A stretch of 64,000 nucleotides of DNA from a virus. Position numbers and translations under genes: made by a program. Below the pieces are notes generated by a model. The model saw nothing but the letters and a program-made list of their open reading frames with translations, was not told where the DNA came from and did no database searches. Below are positions 25,209 through 34,865 of this stretch, piece by piece (within the stretch, counting starts at the first letter, position 1; every line of letters starts with the position of its first letter). The DNA lies in IMG/VR virus record IMGVR_UViG_3300025294_000154; one strand, given 5' to 3'.

Positions 25209-26731
25209 TGGCCTCGTCCAATTGGCTCGATCGCGCCATCGGCTTTGTGGCGCCGGTTGCTGCCGAGAAGCGCGTTGCTGCGCGCGCTCGCATGGCGCGG
25301 ATCGCCACAACGCGTAACCTATATGAGGCCGCGTCGCTGGGGCGCCGTACGCAAGGCTGGCGCGCGGTCTCGTCTGACGTCAATGCAGAGAACCGAACCG
25401 CGCTGGGGCGGCTTCGCGATGCCTCTCGCGATATGGTCCGAAACAACCCGTTCGCTGCCCGCGCCCGATCGGTCATCCCGCATAACGCCGTCGGCGCTGG
25501 TATCCTGCCTCGCGTCCTCACCTCCCGTCCCGAACGGCTGGCGGAGATCAAGGGGCTCGTCACCCGTCACTTCGAATCCACCGACATCGATGCCGATGGC
25601 CGCCTGAACCTATACGGCCTGCAATCCCTCGCCATGGCGACGATCGTGGAATCGGGCGAAGTCCTGATCCGCAAACGCATCCGCCGTCCGACCGACGGGT
25701 ACGCGCTTCCATTCCAGATACAGGTGCTGGAGGCGGATTACCTCGATACCGCCGTCGAGGGACCGCAGCCGAATGGCAACTTCGCTCTTCAAGGTGTGGA
25801 ATTCGATCTCCGCGGCAAGCGCGTCGCATATCACCTGTTCGATCAGCATCCCGGAGCGCTAGCCGGAACAGGCCGCTATTCATCGTCCAGCCGTCGCGTG
25901 TCGGCCGACTTCGTCGCCCATGTCTATCGGATCGATCGGCCGGGGCAGGTGAGGGGCGTGACTTGGTTCGCACCCGTCATGATCCGGATGCGCGACCTGG
26001 CCGACTACACCGACGCGCAACTGGTCCGGCAGAAAATTGCGGCATGCTTTGCTGCCTTCATCACGTCAGAGGAAGGCTACGCCGATCCCAACGGAGACGA
26101 TACCGGCGCGACATCGGCAAGCGGCTACCCCGTCGAATCCTTCGAGCCCGGGATGATCGAGAGGCTGCGCAACGGTGAAGAGGTCACCTTTGCGACGCCA
26201 CCGACCACCGCCGACTTCGGCCCCTATCAGAACGCCACGCTCCACGAGATCGCGAGCGGGCTGAACGTCCCATACGAGGCACTGGCGAGCGACCTATCCC
26301 AGGTGAGTTTCATTTCTGGTCGCCTCGGGCGGATCGAATTTCGCGCTGCGGTGGATAGCTGGCGCTGGAACATGCTGGTTCCCCAGATGCTGGACCCGAT
26401 CGCGGCATGGACGCAGGAAGCGGCCTCGGTGGTGACGGGTTCTTCTGAGCCGTTCCGTCTCGGCTGGACGCCGCCTCGGTGGGAGATGCTGGATCCGGCC
26501 GCAGAGATCGAGAGCTCGGCGAAAGCCATCCGAAACGGCCTCTCCTGGCAGAGCGAGGAGCTTCGGCTGCAGGGCTATGACCCCGACGAGGCGTTCGCCG
26601 GAATGAAGGCAGACTTCGACCGCCTCGATCAGTTGGGTCTGATCCTCGACATCGACCCGCGCCGCGTGACCACCCGCGGCGTCGCGCAGAAGAACGCGGA
26701 TCCAAACGCGCCCGATCCGGCGGACAAATAG
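25208..26731 (+). CDS. Portal protein (lambda family)
   Basis: LRDASRDMVRNN, RIDRPGQVRGV, W..PRWEMLDP..E. Confidence 0.95.
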   Translation: MASSNWLDRAIGFVAPVAAEKRVAARARMARIATTRNLYEAASLGRRTQGWRAVSSDVNAENRTALGRLRDASRDMVRNNPFAARARSVIPHNAVGAGILPRVLTSRPERLAEIKGLVTRHFESTDIDADGRLNLYGLQSLAMATIVESGEVLIRKRIRRPTDGYALPFQIQVLEADYLDTAVEGPQPNGNFALQGVEFDLRGKRVAYHLFDQHPGALAGTGRYSSSSRRVSADFVAHVYRIDRPGQVRGVTWFAPVMIRMRDLADYTDAQLVRQKIAACFAAFITSEEGYADPNGDDTGATSASGYPVESFEPGMIERLRNGEEVTFATPPTTADFGPYQNATLHEIASGLNVPYEALASDLSQVSFISGRLGRIEFRAAVDSWRWNMLVPQMLDPIAAWTQEAASVVTGSSEPFRLGWTPPRWEMLDPAAEIESSAKAIRNGLSWQSEELRLQGYDPDEAFAGMKADFDRLDQLGLILDIDPRRVTTRGVAQKNADPNAPDPADK

Positions 26732-26743
26732 CAGGACATTGCG

Positions 26744-28882
26744 ATGACGAATGCGAAACAGCCTGCCCGAAAGGGCCGGGCCAACGGCGCTCGCGCCGAA
26801 CTGAAAGGCACCCGCTCGCTGGTGATGAACGGCGAGATCATGCTCTACGGGATCGTCGATTCTTACGTCGATCCGTACGATGATGCGCCGTCATGCCTGC
26901 GTTCGCTCGACGTCATGGCGTCGATCATCGAACTTGCGGATCAGCCGCGTCTCAGCGTTCGGATCAACTCTCCAGGCGGCAACGTCATGGAGGGCCTGTC
27001 GATCTACAACGCCCTGCGGAATGCAGGGAAGCCGATCGACATCCACATCGACGCGATGGCCGCCTCGATCGCTTCGGTGATCGCCATGGCCGGCGACACG
27101 ATCTCGATCGCCGAGACCGGCACGGTCATGATCCACAATCCCTGGGATGTCGCGGTTGGCGATGCTCAGGACATGCGCAACCGTGCCGACGAGATCGATC
27201 GCCTGAAGGCCATCATCGTCGACATCTACGTGAACCGGACCGGAGCAAGCGCGGAAGAGATCGACGCGCTGATGACGGCCGAGACCTACATGTCTGCCGC
27301 CGACGCGGTCGAACGCGGCTTCGCAGACGCTGTCGAGGCGGCCCTCGCCATCGCTGCTTGCGAAAAGCTCACCCCCGAACATCTGGCGCGCCTCAACGCG
27401 CCGGTCTCAGCTCGAGCCATTCACGGCTCGAACGCCGCGGCGCCCGCCGCAACCCCAAAGGAAGGATCCAAGATGGACCCTATCACGCAGAACGGCGGGA
27501 TCGACCCGGTTGCGCCGACCCCCGCTGTCGTCCCACCCGCTCCCGATCTGAATGCTATCCGCGCCGAGGCTGCTCAGACCGAGCGCGACCGCGTGTCGGG
27601 TATTCTCGCCCAGGCCCGCACCGCGAAAATCCCGGCCGAAGACCCCTTCATCGCCAACCTACTGTCTTCGACCCGTCCGCTAGCAGATGCTCGCAACGAC
27701 ATCATCGGTGAGTGGTCCAAGCGCCAGGAGGCCCGCGTCGACAACCCTCCCGGCAATGAATTGCCGGCCGGCCGCGTCGAGGTGACTGCCGACGCCGTCG
27801 ACAAGTGGGCTCAGGGCGCTCAGCGCGGCCTGATGATCCGCGCCGGCATCGAGAAGCCGACCGACGCCGATCGCGGCAACGAGTTTACCGGCCTGACACT
27901 GTTGGAGCTCGCGCGCTCCTCGCTGTCCGTGCGCAATATCAAGACCGGCTCCATGGATCGCATGACCATGGTCGGCACGGCCTTCACGGTGCGCAACGCC
28001 GGCCCCGGCATGCATTCGACCTCGGACTTCCCGACGGTCATCCAGAACGTCGCATACCGGGCCGTGCTCAAGGGCTATACCGAGGTCGACGAGACCTTCC
28101 AGCTCTGGACCGGGAAGGGCACCGCGTCGGACTTCCGCCCGATCAACCGCGTCGACATGGGGCTCTTTCCGGCGCTGTCGAAGGTCGAAGAGGGGGCCGA
28201 GTACACCTTCGCCACGCTCGGCGACAACGGCACCGTCGTGCAGGTCGCAACCTACGGCAAGATGTTCGCCATCACCCGCCAGGCGATCGTCAACGATGAC
28301 CTGCAGTTCTTCCAGCGCGTCCCGGAGCGCATGGGCCGTGCTGCGAAGAGGACCATCGGCAACCTCGTCTATGCCATCCTCAACGGCAATCCGACGATGC
28401 AGGACGGCGTCGCCCTGTTCCACGCCAACCACGCCAACCTGGCGGGCAGCGGCGCGGCGCCCTCGGTCGCGGCGATTGCCGCTGCCATGGCTGCGATGCA
28501 GGTCCAGAAGGATGATGCTGGCGTCGGCACCGGCGGCGGCATCCAGCCGAAGTATATCCTCACCCCGCCAGCGCTCTGGCTGCCCACGGCCTATGCGCTG
28601 AACTCGGCCACGGTTCCGGGCGATGCCGCCCAGCTGAAGAACCCCATCCAGGGCATGTTCACCCCGATCGCGGATTCCCGTCTGTCGGGCACCTCCTGGT
28701 TCATGGCCGCCGATCCGAGCCAGACCGACACGATCGAAGTCACGTACCTGGATGGTGTTGAAGAGCCCTTCCTCGACCAGCGAGACGGCTGGAACGTCGA
28801 TGGGACCGAGTTCAAGGTCCGCATGGACGCCGGCGTGAAGGCCCTTCACTGGCGCGGCTTGTACAAGAACGCTGGCGCGTAA
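26744..28882 (+). CDS. ClpP-like prohead protease fused to major capsid protein
   Basis: RINSPGGNV, AASIAS, MIHNPW, ETYM; C-half HSTSDFP..TYGKMFAITRQAIVNDDL..MDAG..WRG. Confidence 0.92.
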   Translation: MTNAKQPARKGRANGARAELKGTRSLVMNGEIMLYGIVDSYVDPYDDAPSCLRSLDVMASIIELADQPRLSVRINSPGGNVMEGLSIYNALRNAGKPIDIHIDAMAASIASVIAMAGDTISIAETGTVMIHNPWDVAVGDAQDMRNRADEIDRLKAIIVDIYVNRTGASAEEIDALMTAETYMSAADAVERGFADAVEAALAIAACEKLTPEHLARLNAPVSARAIHGSNAAAPAATPKEGSKMDPITQNGGIDPVAPTPAVVPPAPDLNAIRAEAAQTERDRVSGILAQARTAKIPAEDPFIANLLSSTRPLADARNDIIGEWSKRQEARVDNPPGNELPAGRVEVTADAVDKWAQGAQRGLMIRAGIEKPTDADRGNEFTGLTLLELARSSLSVRNIKTGSMDRMTMVGTAFTVRNAGPGMHSTSDFPTVIQNVAYRAVLKGYTEVDETFQLWTGKGTASDFRPINRVDMGLFPALSKVEEGAEYTFATLGDNGTVVQVATYGKMFAITRQAIVNDDLQFFQRVPERMGRAAKRTIGNLVYAILNGNPTMQDGVALFHANHANLAGSGAAPSVAAIAAAMAAMQVQKDDAGVGTGGGIQPKYILTPPALWLPTAYALNSATVPGDAAQLKNPIQGMFTPIADSRLSGTSWFMAADPSQTDTIEVTYLDGVEEPFLDQRDGWNVDGTEFKVRMDAGVKALHWRGLYKNAGA

Positions 28883-28950
28883 GCCCGGACTGATCCCGGC
28901 GGCGCGCCCCGCGCCGTCGGTTCCCCTTCATCAATCTCGGGAATCTACCC

Positions 28951-29283
28951 ATGAAGAATTTCATCCAGCCGGGCGACACCCTGACGGTGGCAGCCCCGGC
29001 GAACGTGGCCTCCGGCGACGTCGTCATCATCGGCCTCATGATCGGCATCGCGACGACCACTGCGCTGTCCGGCGCGCCGGTCGCTGTGAAGACCACCGGC
29101 GTCATCGAGCTCGCCAAGGTTTCGGCTCAGGCCTGGACGGTCGGCGCCGCAATCTACTGGGACTCCACCAACAAGCAGGCGACCACGACCTCCTCGGCCA
29201 ATACCCTCATCGGCTACGCAGCTGAACCGGCGGCCAACCCGAGCAGCGTCGGCCGTGTCCGCCTGGTACCGCGCGCGGCCTGA
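28951..29283 (+). CDS. DUF2190 capsid-associated protein
   Basis: MKNFIQPGDTLTV..SGDVV..AWTVGAAIYWD. Confidence 0.88.
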   Translation: MKNFIQPGDTLTVAAPANVASGDVVIIGLMIGIATTTALSGAPVAVKTTGVIELAKVSAQAWTVGAAIYWDSTNKQATTTSSANTLIGYAAEPAANPSSVGRVRLVPRAA

Positions 29284-29292
29284 TCGATCGCA

Positions 29293-29640
29293 ATGATCGA
29301 CTTCGACGCTCTGGTGCTCGGCCCTGCGATGGACGCTTTCGCTCGGCCGATCACCGTCTTCCCAGATTACTCGCAGCCTGGGCAGCCGTCTTACGAGGCT
29401 CGCGGCATCTGGGCGCGACGTCCTCAGGACATGCCGCTCGATGACGGCAGCTTCCTCGGTACCGATGAACTGACAGTCGGCATTCGGATCGGCGAGTTCC
29501 CGATCGTACCCGTCGCTGGCGACCGCATCGAAATACCGGCCGCAGGATCGCTCACGCGTATAGGCATGTGCGAAATGATCGACGATGGCGAGGACGGGCA
29601 GGGCGGCTATGCCCTCGTGGTCAAGATCATCGGCCCATGA
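29293..29640 (+). CDS. Head-tail joining (head closure) protein
   Basis: MIDFDALV..YEARGIW..P..GDRIEI; position. Confidence 0.7.
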   Translation: MIDFDALVLGPAMDAFARPITVFPDYSQPGQPSYEARGIWARRPQDMPLDDGSFLGTDELTVGIRIGEFPIVPVAGDRIEIPAAGSLTRIGMCEMIDDGEDGQGGYALVVKIIGP

Positions 29641-30233
29641 TCACACCAGCCACCCGCATCAGGAACAAGATCTACGAGATCCTGCGTCCGCTTGAGAATT
29701 CATCGGTCAAGACGATCCGGTGCGTGCCGGTCGGGCTGCTTCAGCCGGATGACCTGCCAGCCATCACTATTGCGCTGTTGAACGAGCGCCTGACGCCGAA
29801 CGGCGACGACAACGCGGGGGCCTTCAACTTCGATAGCGAGGTGACGATCGGCGTCTCGGTCGTGCGTGGATTTGCGGCGAAAGCAATTGATCTCGACGTA
29901 AAGGTCGATGCCGATGCCGATCTGATCCAACGCATGCTGCTCAGCGACGCTGACTTCACCCGGTTCGGCGTCGATACGAGCCTTCCCGAAGACGATCCGA
30001 ACTACGAGCCGTTCTTCGAGGCGATCACAGGCATCACCCGCCGCCGCAACTATCCGCAGAGCGGCGAGGCCTATTTCGTCGAGGTGCGTCTCGAATTCTC
30101 TTTCCGCACCTCGATCGATTTCGAGGTCTGCGTCGATGCTGAGCCGCTTCAGACCGTGAGCATCCGGACCCGGCGCGGCACTGCCCAGACACCGCAGTCC
30201 GGCGTCGACATCACCTTCCCTGACAATCCCTGA
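29637..30233 (+). CDS. Tail terminator-like protein
   Basis: Position before sheath; LPAITIALLNE; ATGA coupling. Confidence 0.6.
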   Translation: MITPATRIRNKIYEILRPLENSSVKTIRCVPVGLLQPDDLPAITIALLNERLTPNGDDNAGAFNFDSEVTIGVSVVRGFAAKAIDLDVKVDADADLIQRMLLSDADFTRFGVDTSLPEDDPNYEPFFEAITGITRRRNYPQSGEAYFVEVRLEFSFRTSIDFEVCVDAEPLQTVSIRTRRGTAQTPQSGVDITFPDNP

Positions 30234-30245
30234 GAGGAGGCCAGC

Positions 30246-30452
30246 ATGGCCGATATCGCCGTGAAACCGGCGCGCAAAGGCACGAGCCTTTCGCACCCGT
30301 CCGCTGGCCTGCTCGCCGACGAGGGCGGGCTCTGGCCTGCCGATCAGTTCACCTTCCGCCGCCTGCGCGACGGAGACATCAAGCGCGTCGAGGACGAGCC
30401 GGAGGCCGAAGAGCCGAAGTCTGCCGCGGCCGCCCCCTCGAAGCGGAGCTAA
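30246..30452 (+). CDS. DUF2635-like small tail protein
   Basis: VKP..HP..FTFRRLRDGDI; typical position before Mu-type sheath. Confidence 0.75.
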   Translation: MADIAVKPARKGTSLSHPSAGLLADEGGLWPADQFTFRRLRDGDIKRVEDEPEAEEPKSAAAAPSKRS

Positions 30453-30458
30453 GCCGAC

Positions 30459-31982
30459 ATGGTCTCCTTCAACCAGATCCCGGCCGGCTGGAAGCTGCCT
30501 CTCGTTTCGATCGAGCTCGACGGCTCGCAGGCCAGCACGCCCAACCAGCCGAAGTATGCGCTGATCGCGGATTACAAGATCGCAGCCGGCAGCGGCGTTG
30601 CTGATCAGGCCATCGCCTGCGGTTCGGTCGCCCAGGCCCGCGCGCTCGGCGGGATCGGCTCGCCCCTCGCTCAGGCCTTCGAGAAGTTTCAGGCGATCAA
30701 TAAGGGAACGCCGGTTTTCGTTCTCCCGATCGCCGAGCCCGGCGCCGGCGTCGCGGCGAATGGCACGCTCGTCGTATCGTCCGCGCCGACCGCCGCTGGA
30801 ACCCTGTCGCTGTATATCGCCGGGCAGAAGGTCGTCGTCGGTGTGACTGCGTCCGACACGCAAGCGCAGGTCGCGACCAAGATCAACACCGCAATCAATG
30901 CGAAGACGACGCTGCCGGTCACATCGACGGTCTCGACCAGCACCGTGACGATCACAGCGAAGTGGAAGGGCGTCACCGGCAATGACATCCGCATCGAGGA
31001 GAACATCCTCGGCCCGAACGGTAACGAGATCCGACCGACCGGCCTGGGCCTCACGTTCCCGGCCAGCAACGTGCTCGCCAACGGCACGGGCGTCCCGGAC
31101 TGGACCAACGCCATCGCCAACCTGGGCGATGCGCCGTACGACTTCGTCGCGATGGCCCATACCGATAGCGGCTCGCTGCTGGCCTGGGGCACCGAGTACG
31201 GTTTCAGCGACTCGGGGCGATGGGGCTGGCTCCGCGAGATGTTCGGCCAAGTCTGGAGCGCGCGTCGCGACACCTACGCCAACCTCATGTCCTGGGGCGT
31301 GAACAACAACAACCCCGTCATCTCGGTCGAGGCCTTCGAGGTCCAGTCGCCGTCTCCAGTCTGGGAATGGGCTGCGACCTACACGGCTCGCGCCGCCCAG
31401 GCGCTGTCGATTGATCCGGCCCGACCGCTGCAGACGTTGACGCAGGACGGCATCCTTCTGGCGCCTCGCTCCGGCCGGTTCAGTAAGACCGAGCTGAACG
31501 GTCTGGCCGGCGTTGGCCTCGCAGTTCAGGGGCCGTCGCCCGACAACGTTCCGATGATCCTCCGGGAGCAGACGACCTACCAGAAAAACAGCTACGGGCA
31601 GCCGGACGGCGCCTACGAGCTTGCCACCACTCTCGCGACGCTGGCCGAGGTGCTGCGCCGTCTGCGGCTGGCGATCACGTCGAAGTATCCGCGCCACAAG
31701 CTTGCGAACGACGGGACGCGCTTCTCGCCGGGGCAGGCGATCGTCACGCCGAACGTGCTGCGCGCTGAGATCGTCGCCCAGTACGAGATCTGCGAGTACG
31801 ACGGCCTGGTCGAGAACGTGAAGGCCTTCAAGAAGAACCTGATCGTCGAGCGCGACAGCCAGGACCCGAACCGCGCAAACGTTCTTTACCCGCCGGACCT
31901 CGTCAATCAGCTCCGCCACCTCGCCGTGCTCGCCCAGTTCCGCCTGCAGTACAGCACGGCTGAGCTGGCGACCGCCGTCTGA
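30459..31982 (+). CDS. Tail sheath protein (Mu gpL family)
   Basis: SFNQIP..P, KWKGVTGNDI, PARPLQTL, ERDSQDPNRANVLYPPDLVNQL. Confidence 0.95.
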   Translation: MVSFNQIPAGWKLPLVSIELDGSQASTPNQPKYALIADYKIAAGSGVADQAIACGSVAQARALGGIGSPLAQAFEKFQAINKGTPVFVLPIAEPGAGVAANGTLVVSSAPTAAGTLSLYIAGQKVVVGVTASDTQAQVATKINTAINAKTTLPVTSTVSTSTVTITAKWKGVTGNDIRIEENILGPNGNEIRPTGLGLTFPASNVLANGTGVPDWTNAIANLGDAPYDFVAMAHTDSGSLLAWGTEYGFSDSGRWGWLREMFGQVWSARRDTYANLMSWGVNNNNPVISVEAFEVQSPSPVWEWAATYTARAAQALSIDPARPLQTLTQDGILLAPRSGRFSKTELNGLAGVGLAVQGPSPDNVPMILREQTTYQKNSYGQPDGAYELATTLATLAEVLRRLRLAITSKYPRHKLANDGTRFSPGQAIVTPNVLRAEIVAQYEICEYDGLVENVKAFKKNLIVERDSQDPNRANVLYPPDLVNQLRHLAVLAQFRLQYSTAELATAV

Positions 31983-32006
31983 ACGATCCAATAGGAGTCC
32001 TATCAC

Positions 32007-32366
32007 ATGGCCAAGCGCATCGCTGGCGTCGCCTATTGGAAGGTGAACGGCCGGCAGCTCGCCCTCCGGGGCAATTTCACGATCTCACCGAGCGCGTTTG
32101 ATCGCGCCGGCATCGCGGGGCAGGACTATGTCCACGGCTTTTCCGAAGTGCCCCGCGTGCCGTTCATCGCCGGCGACGTCTCGCTGGTCGAAGGCACGTC
32201 GGTCGAGGACATCGACGACATGGTCGACGAAACCGTCACGGCCGAGCTCGCGAACGGCGACGTCTGGGTCCTGCGCAATGCCTGGCGCGCGCAGTCCTCG
32301 GAGATCAATGCGCGCGAAGGCCAGTTCTCGGTTCGCTTCGAAGGCGAATCCTGCACGCAGCTTTAA
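32007..32366 (+). CDS. Tail tube protein (Mu gpM family)
   Basis: KRIAGVAYWKVNG..GFSEVPRVPFI..AELANG..VRFEG. Confidence 0.92.
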   Translation: MAKRIAGVAYWKVNGRQLALRGNFTISPSAFDRAGIAGQDYVHGFSEVPRVPFIAGDVSLVEGTSVEDIDDMVDETVTAELANGDVWVLRNAWRAQSSEINAREGQFSVRFEGESCTQL

Positions 32367-32374
32367 GGTGACCC

Positions 32375-32677
32375 GTGGCTGACGATAAAGTCTCGATCGC
32401 CCTTCGACAGCCGATCCCGGCGCATGGCGAGGACGTGACGGAGCTCAGTTTCCGCGTCCCGACCTCGCAGGACATCATCGACATCGGCTCACCGGTGAAG
32501 CTCGATATGGCCAGTGACCCTCCGGGCGTCAGCCATGACGAGCGCCGAATGGCGCAGATGATGGCGCGTCTGGCAGCGGTTCCCCCGTCCTCGATCGCGA
32601 AGATGCACCACAGCGACTTCCTTGAGGCGGAGTGGTTGCTCACCCCTTTTTTCATTCCGAGGCCGGGGAGGATCTGA
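32375..32677 (+). CDS. Tail assembly chaperone
   Basis: L..PI.AHGEDVTEL.FR.P..DI pattern; after tube gene. Confidence 0.85.
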   Translation: MADDKVSIALRQPIPAHGEDVTELSFRVPTSQDIIDIGSPVKLDMASDPPGVSHDERRMAQMMARLAAVPPSSIAKMHHSDFLEAEWLLTPFFIPRPGRI

Positions 32678-32817
32678 TGCGGGTGGCACTGACGCTGAAC
32701 AAGGTCCACGGCGGCGGCATGCTGCCTTGGATGTTCGGCCTGTCGCCGTTCGCTCTGACCGAGCTTCATCGCGTCACGATGGCTTGGCTGGAAGAGACGT
32801 CAGAGCCCGATGCCTGA
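32647..32817 (+). CDS. -1 frameshift extension of tail assembly chaperone
   Basis: In-frame slippery T TTT TTC at 32647-32653; -1 frame open to 32817. Confidence 0.65.
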   Translation, partial: FFHSEAGEDLMRVALTLNKVHGGGMLPWMFGLSPFALTELHRVTMAWLEETSEPDA

Positions 32818-33943
32818 TCCTGCCGAAATCGCCGAACTCCGTGTCAACGGCTCGAAGTATCGGGACTGGACCTCTGTCACCGTCGAAAAGGTCTTCGGCA
32901 ATCCTGCGACGACCGCCACCTTCTCCGCAGCGTCGCCGATCGAGAGCAGCACCTGGTCCGATCAGAAGCTGAAGGTCGGCGACAAGTTCGAAGCGTTCCT
33001 CGCGGGCGTGAAGGTCGCAGACGGTATCATCTTCCTTCGGCAGGTCGCCTATGATGCTCGGCAGCACTCGATCCGGCTGCAGGCTTGCTCGAAGGTCGCG
33101 GACCTTCTTTATGACACGGTTGAGCAGGGCAGCGGCTTCCAGAACAAAACGCTGGCGCAAATCGGCTCTAAGCTCACCGAGCGCTCCGGAATCAAGTTTA
33201 AGATCGACGGGAGCCCATCGGGGGCCGACAAGCCGTTCCCCCGCTTTCATCCCTGGCCGGGCGAGTCGATTGCGTCGGCAATCGCGCGCCTCTGCCGGAT
33301 GCGCAACCTGTTCCTGATGGACGATGAGAGCGGGACGCTGATTGCCAAGCGTCTAGACGGCACAGGCGAAGCGGTCGCGCATCTCGAAGAGGGTCGAAAC
33401 ATCCTCTCTGCGTCGTGCGTGATGAGCGACGAGAACCCGTTCAGCAAGATCCAAGCGCTGGGATCACAGCCAGGCAAGGACGAGCGCTGGAGCGACCCAG
33501 CCCGCGATTCATCCGCCGCCGTGACCAATTCCGCGCCTGGGGGCCGCAACCGAACGCTGACCGTCAAGGCAGAGGAGCCAGGCGATAGCGACGATATGAA
33601 GATGCGAGCCGAGCATCAGGCCGCTGTGACGACTGCGACGATGCTGCAGGCGGAGATCACGGTCCAGGGCTGGCACGCTCCTGACGGTAGCCTCTGGATC
33701 AAGCACTGCGGGAAGCAAGTGACGGTGAAATCGCCGATGCTTTTCCCCGACAAGATGAGCCTGTCTGTACAGGGCGTGGTGCATAGCCAGTCGCCGGCCG
33801 GATCGCTGACGACTCTCAGCCTGGTCATCCCGTATCGGCTTGTCGGCGGCTCGCAGATCAAGGTTTCAGGCGAGCCGGCTGCCGCGGCCGCAAGCCCGGC
33901 GAAGCCTGAGACGCCCGATGTCGGCGAGGTCACGAGCGTCTGA
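32810..33943 (+). CDS. Baseplate hub (Mu gpP/gp44-like)
   Basis: LRVNG..YRDWTSV, PGES, LEEGRNILSA, VQGW..G.LW. Confidence 0.88.
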   Translation: MPDPAEIAELRVNGSKYRDWTSVTVEKVFGNPATTATFSAASPIESSTWSDQKLKVGDKFEAFLAGVKVADGIIFLRQVAYDARQHSIRLQACSKVADLLYDTVEQGSGFQNKTLAQIGSKLTERSGIKFKIDGSPSGADKPFPRFHPWPGESIASAIARLCRMRNLFLMDDESGTLIAKRLDGTGEAVAHLEEGRNILSASCVMSDENPFSKIQALGSQPGKDERWSDPARDSSAAVTNSAPGGRNRTLTVKAEEPGDSDDMKMRAEHQAAVTTATMLQAEITVQGWHAPDGSLWIKHCGKQVTVKSPMLFPDKMSLSVQGVVHSQSPAGSLTTLSLVIPYRLVGGSQIKVSGEPAAAAASPAKPETPDVGEVTSV

Positions 33944-34380
33944 TGATCACCCGAGCGACCCTTGAAACGTCCAACGATGACCCCAAGCTGCAGGAGGTCG
34001 ACGTCAACCTCTCGCACGGCGAGAAGGCCCGCGGGGTCGAGCATGTTCAGCCGTACGGCTTCAGTTCGAACCCTGTTGCCCCTTCGAAGGAGAGCGACAG
34101 CTCGACGAAGCGCGCCGAGGCAATCGTCGCGCACGCTGACGGTTCCCGGTCGCATCCCGTCGTGCTGATGGTCTCGGATCGCCGCTACCGGCCGAAGGGC
34201 ATGAAGAAGGGTGAGGTTCAGGTCCACGATAACCAGAACCAGAAGGTCTACCTTTCCGACGACGGCGTGGTCATCGAGTCGCCGAAGAAGCTGACGCTGA
34301 AGGTCGGGTCTTCGACGGTTACCATTGATAGCGGCAGCATCACCTTCGCCGCCGCGGCGATCAAATTCGAGCAAGCCTGA
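33943..34380 (+). CDS. Baseplate spike (Mu gp45-like)
   Basis: VEHVQPYGFSS.P, DRRYRP..KGEV.VHD. Confidence 0.9.
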   Translation: MITRATLETSNDDPKLQEVDVNLSHGEKARGVEHVQPYGFSSNPVAPSKESDSSTKRAEAIVAHADGSRSHPVVLMVSDRRYRPKGMKKGEVQVHDNQNQKVYLSDDGVVIESPKKLTLKVGSSTVTIDSGSITFAAAAIKFEQA

Positions 34381-34847
34381 TGTGGCGCGAGCGTCTGGTC
34401 CCAGCTTCGTTCCGCGGTGTGCAATTCCACGTCGAGGTTCAAGCCCGCAGCGGTGGTCGCCGCCTCGCGCCGCACGAGTTTCCGAAGCGAGACGATCCCT
34501 ACACCGAGGATATGGGCCGACGCGGCCGCGCATTCTCCGTCACGGGCTATCTTGTCGGGCCCGGCTTTCGCGGAGCGAGAGATGCGCTGATTGAGGCGCT
34601 TGAAACCGAAGGCGCGGGGCAGCTTCGCCTGCCAACCGGGCAGTCGATGCAGGTCAAGTGCTCGACCTATAATGCGGCCGAACGACGCGAGCGCGGCGGC
34701 TTCGTCGAGATCGACATGCAGTTCCTCGAGGCCGGATCGCGTGAACCGATGCGGCCGGCCGAGGATACACAGGCAAAGGTGAAGGAAGCCGCCGAGAAGG
34801 CGGGCGCCAACACCGCGGCCACCGCGAACGAGACCATTTCCGTCTAA
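34380..34847 (+). CDS. DNA circularization protein (Mu gpN), N-terminal domain only
   Basis: WRERLVPASFRGVQF..GGRRL..HEFPKRD.PY.EDMGR; ends after 155 aa. Confidence 0.9.
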   Translation: MWRERLVPASFRGVQFHVEVQARSGGRRLAPHEFPKRDDPYTEDMGRRGRAFSVTGYLVGPGFRGARDALIEALETEGAGQLRLPTGQSMQVKCSTYNAAERRERGGFVEIDMQFLEAGSREPMRPAEDTQAKVKEAAEKAGANTAATANETISV

Positions 34848-34865
34848 GCCCGAGCAGAGTGATCC

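Noticed and set aside
27680-28849. 389-aa minus-strand ORF
   Set aside because: Antisense shadow of the capsid gene
29700-32006. 768-aa minus-strand ORF
   Set aside because: Antisense shadow of the sheath gene in high-GC DNA; no motifs
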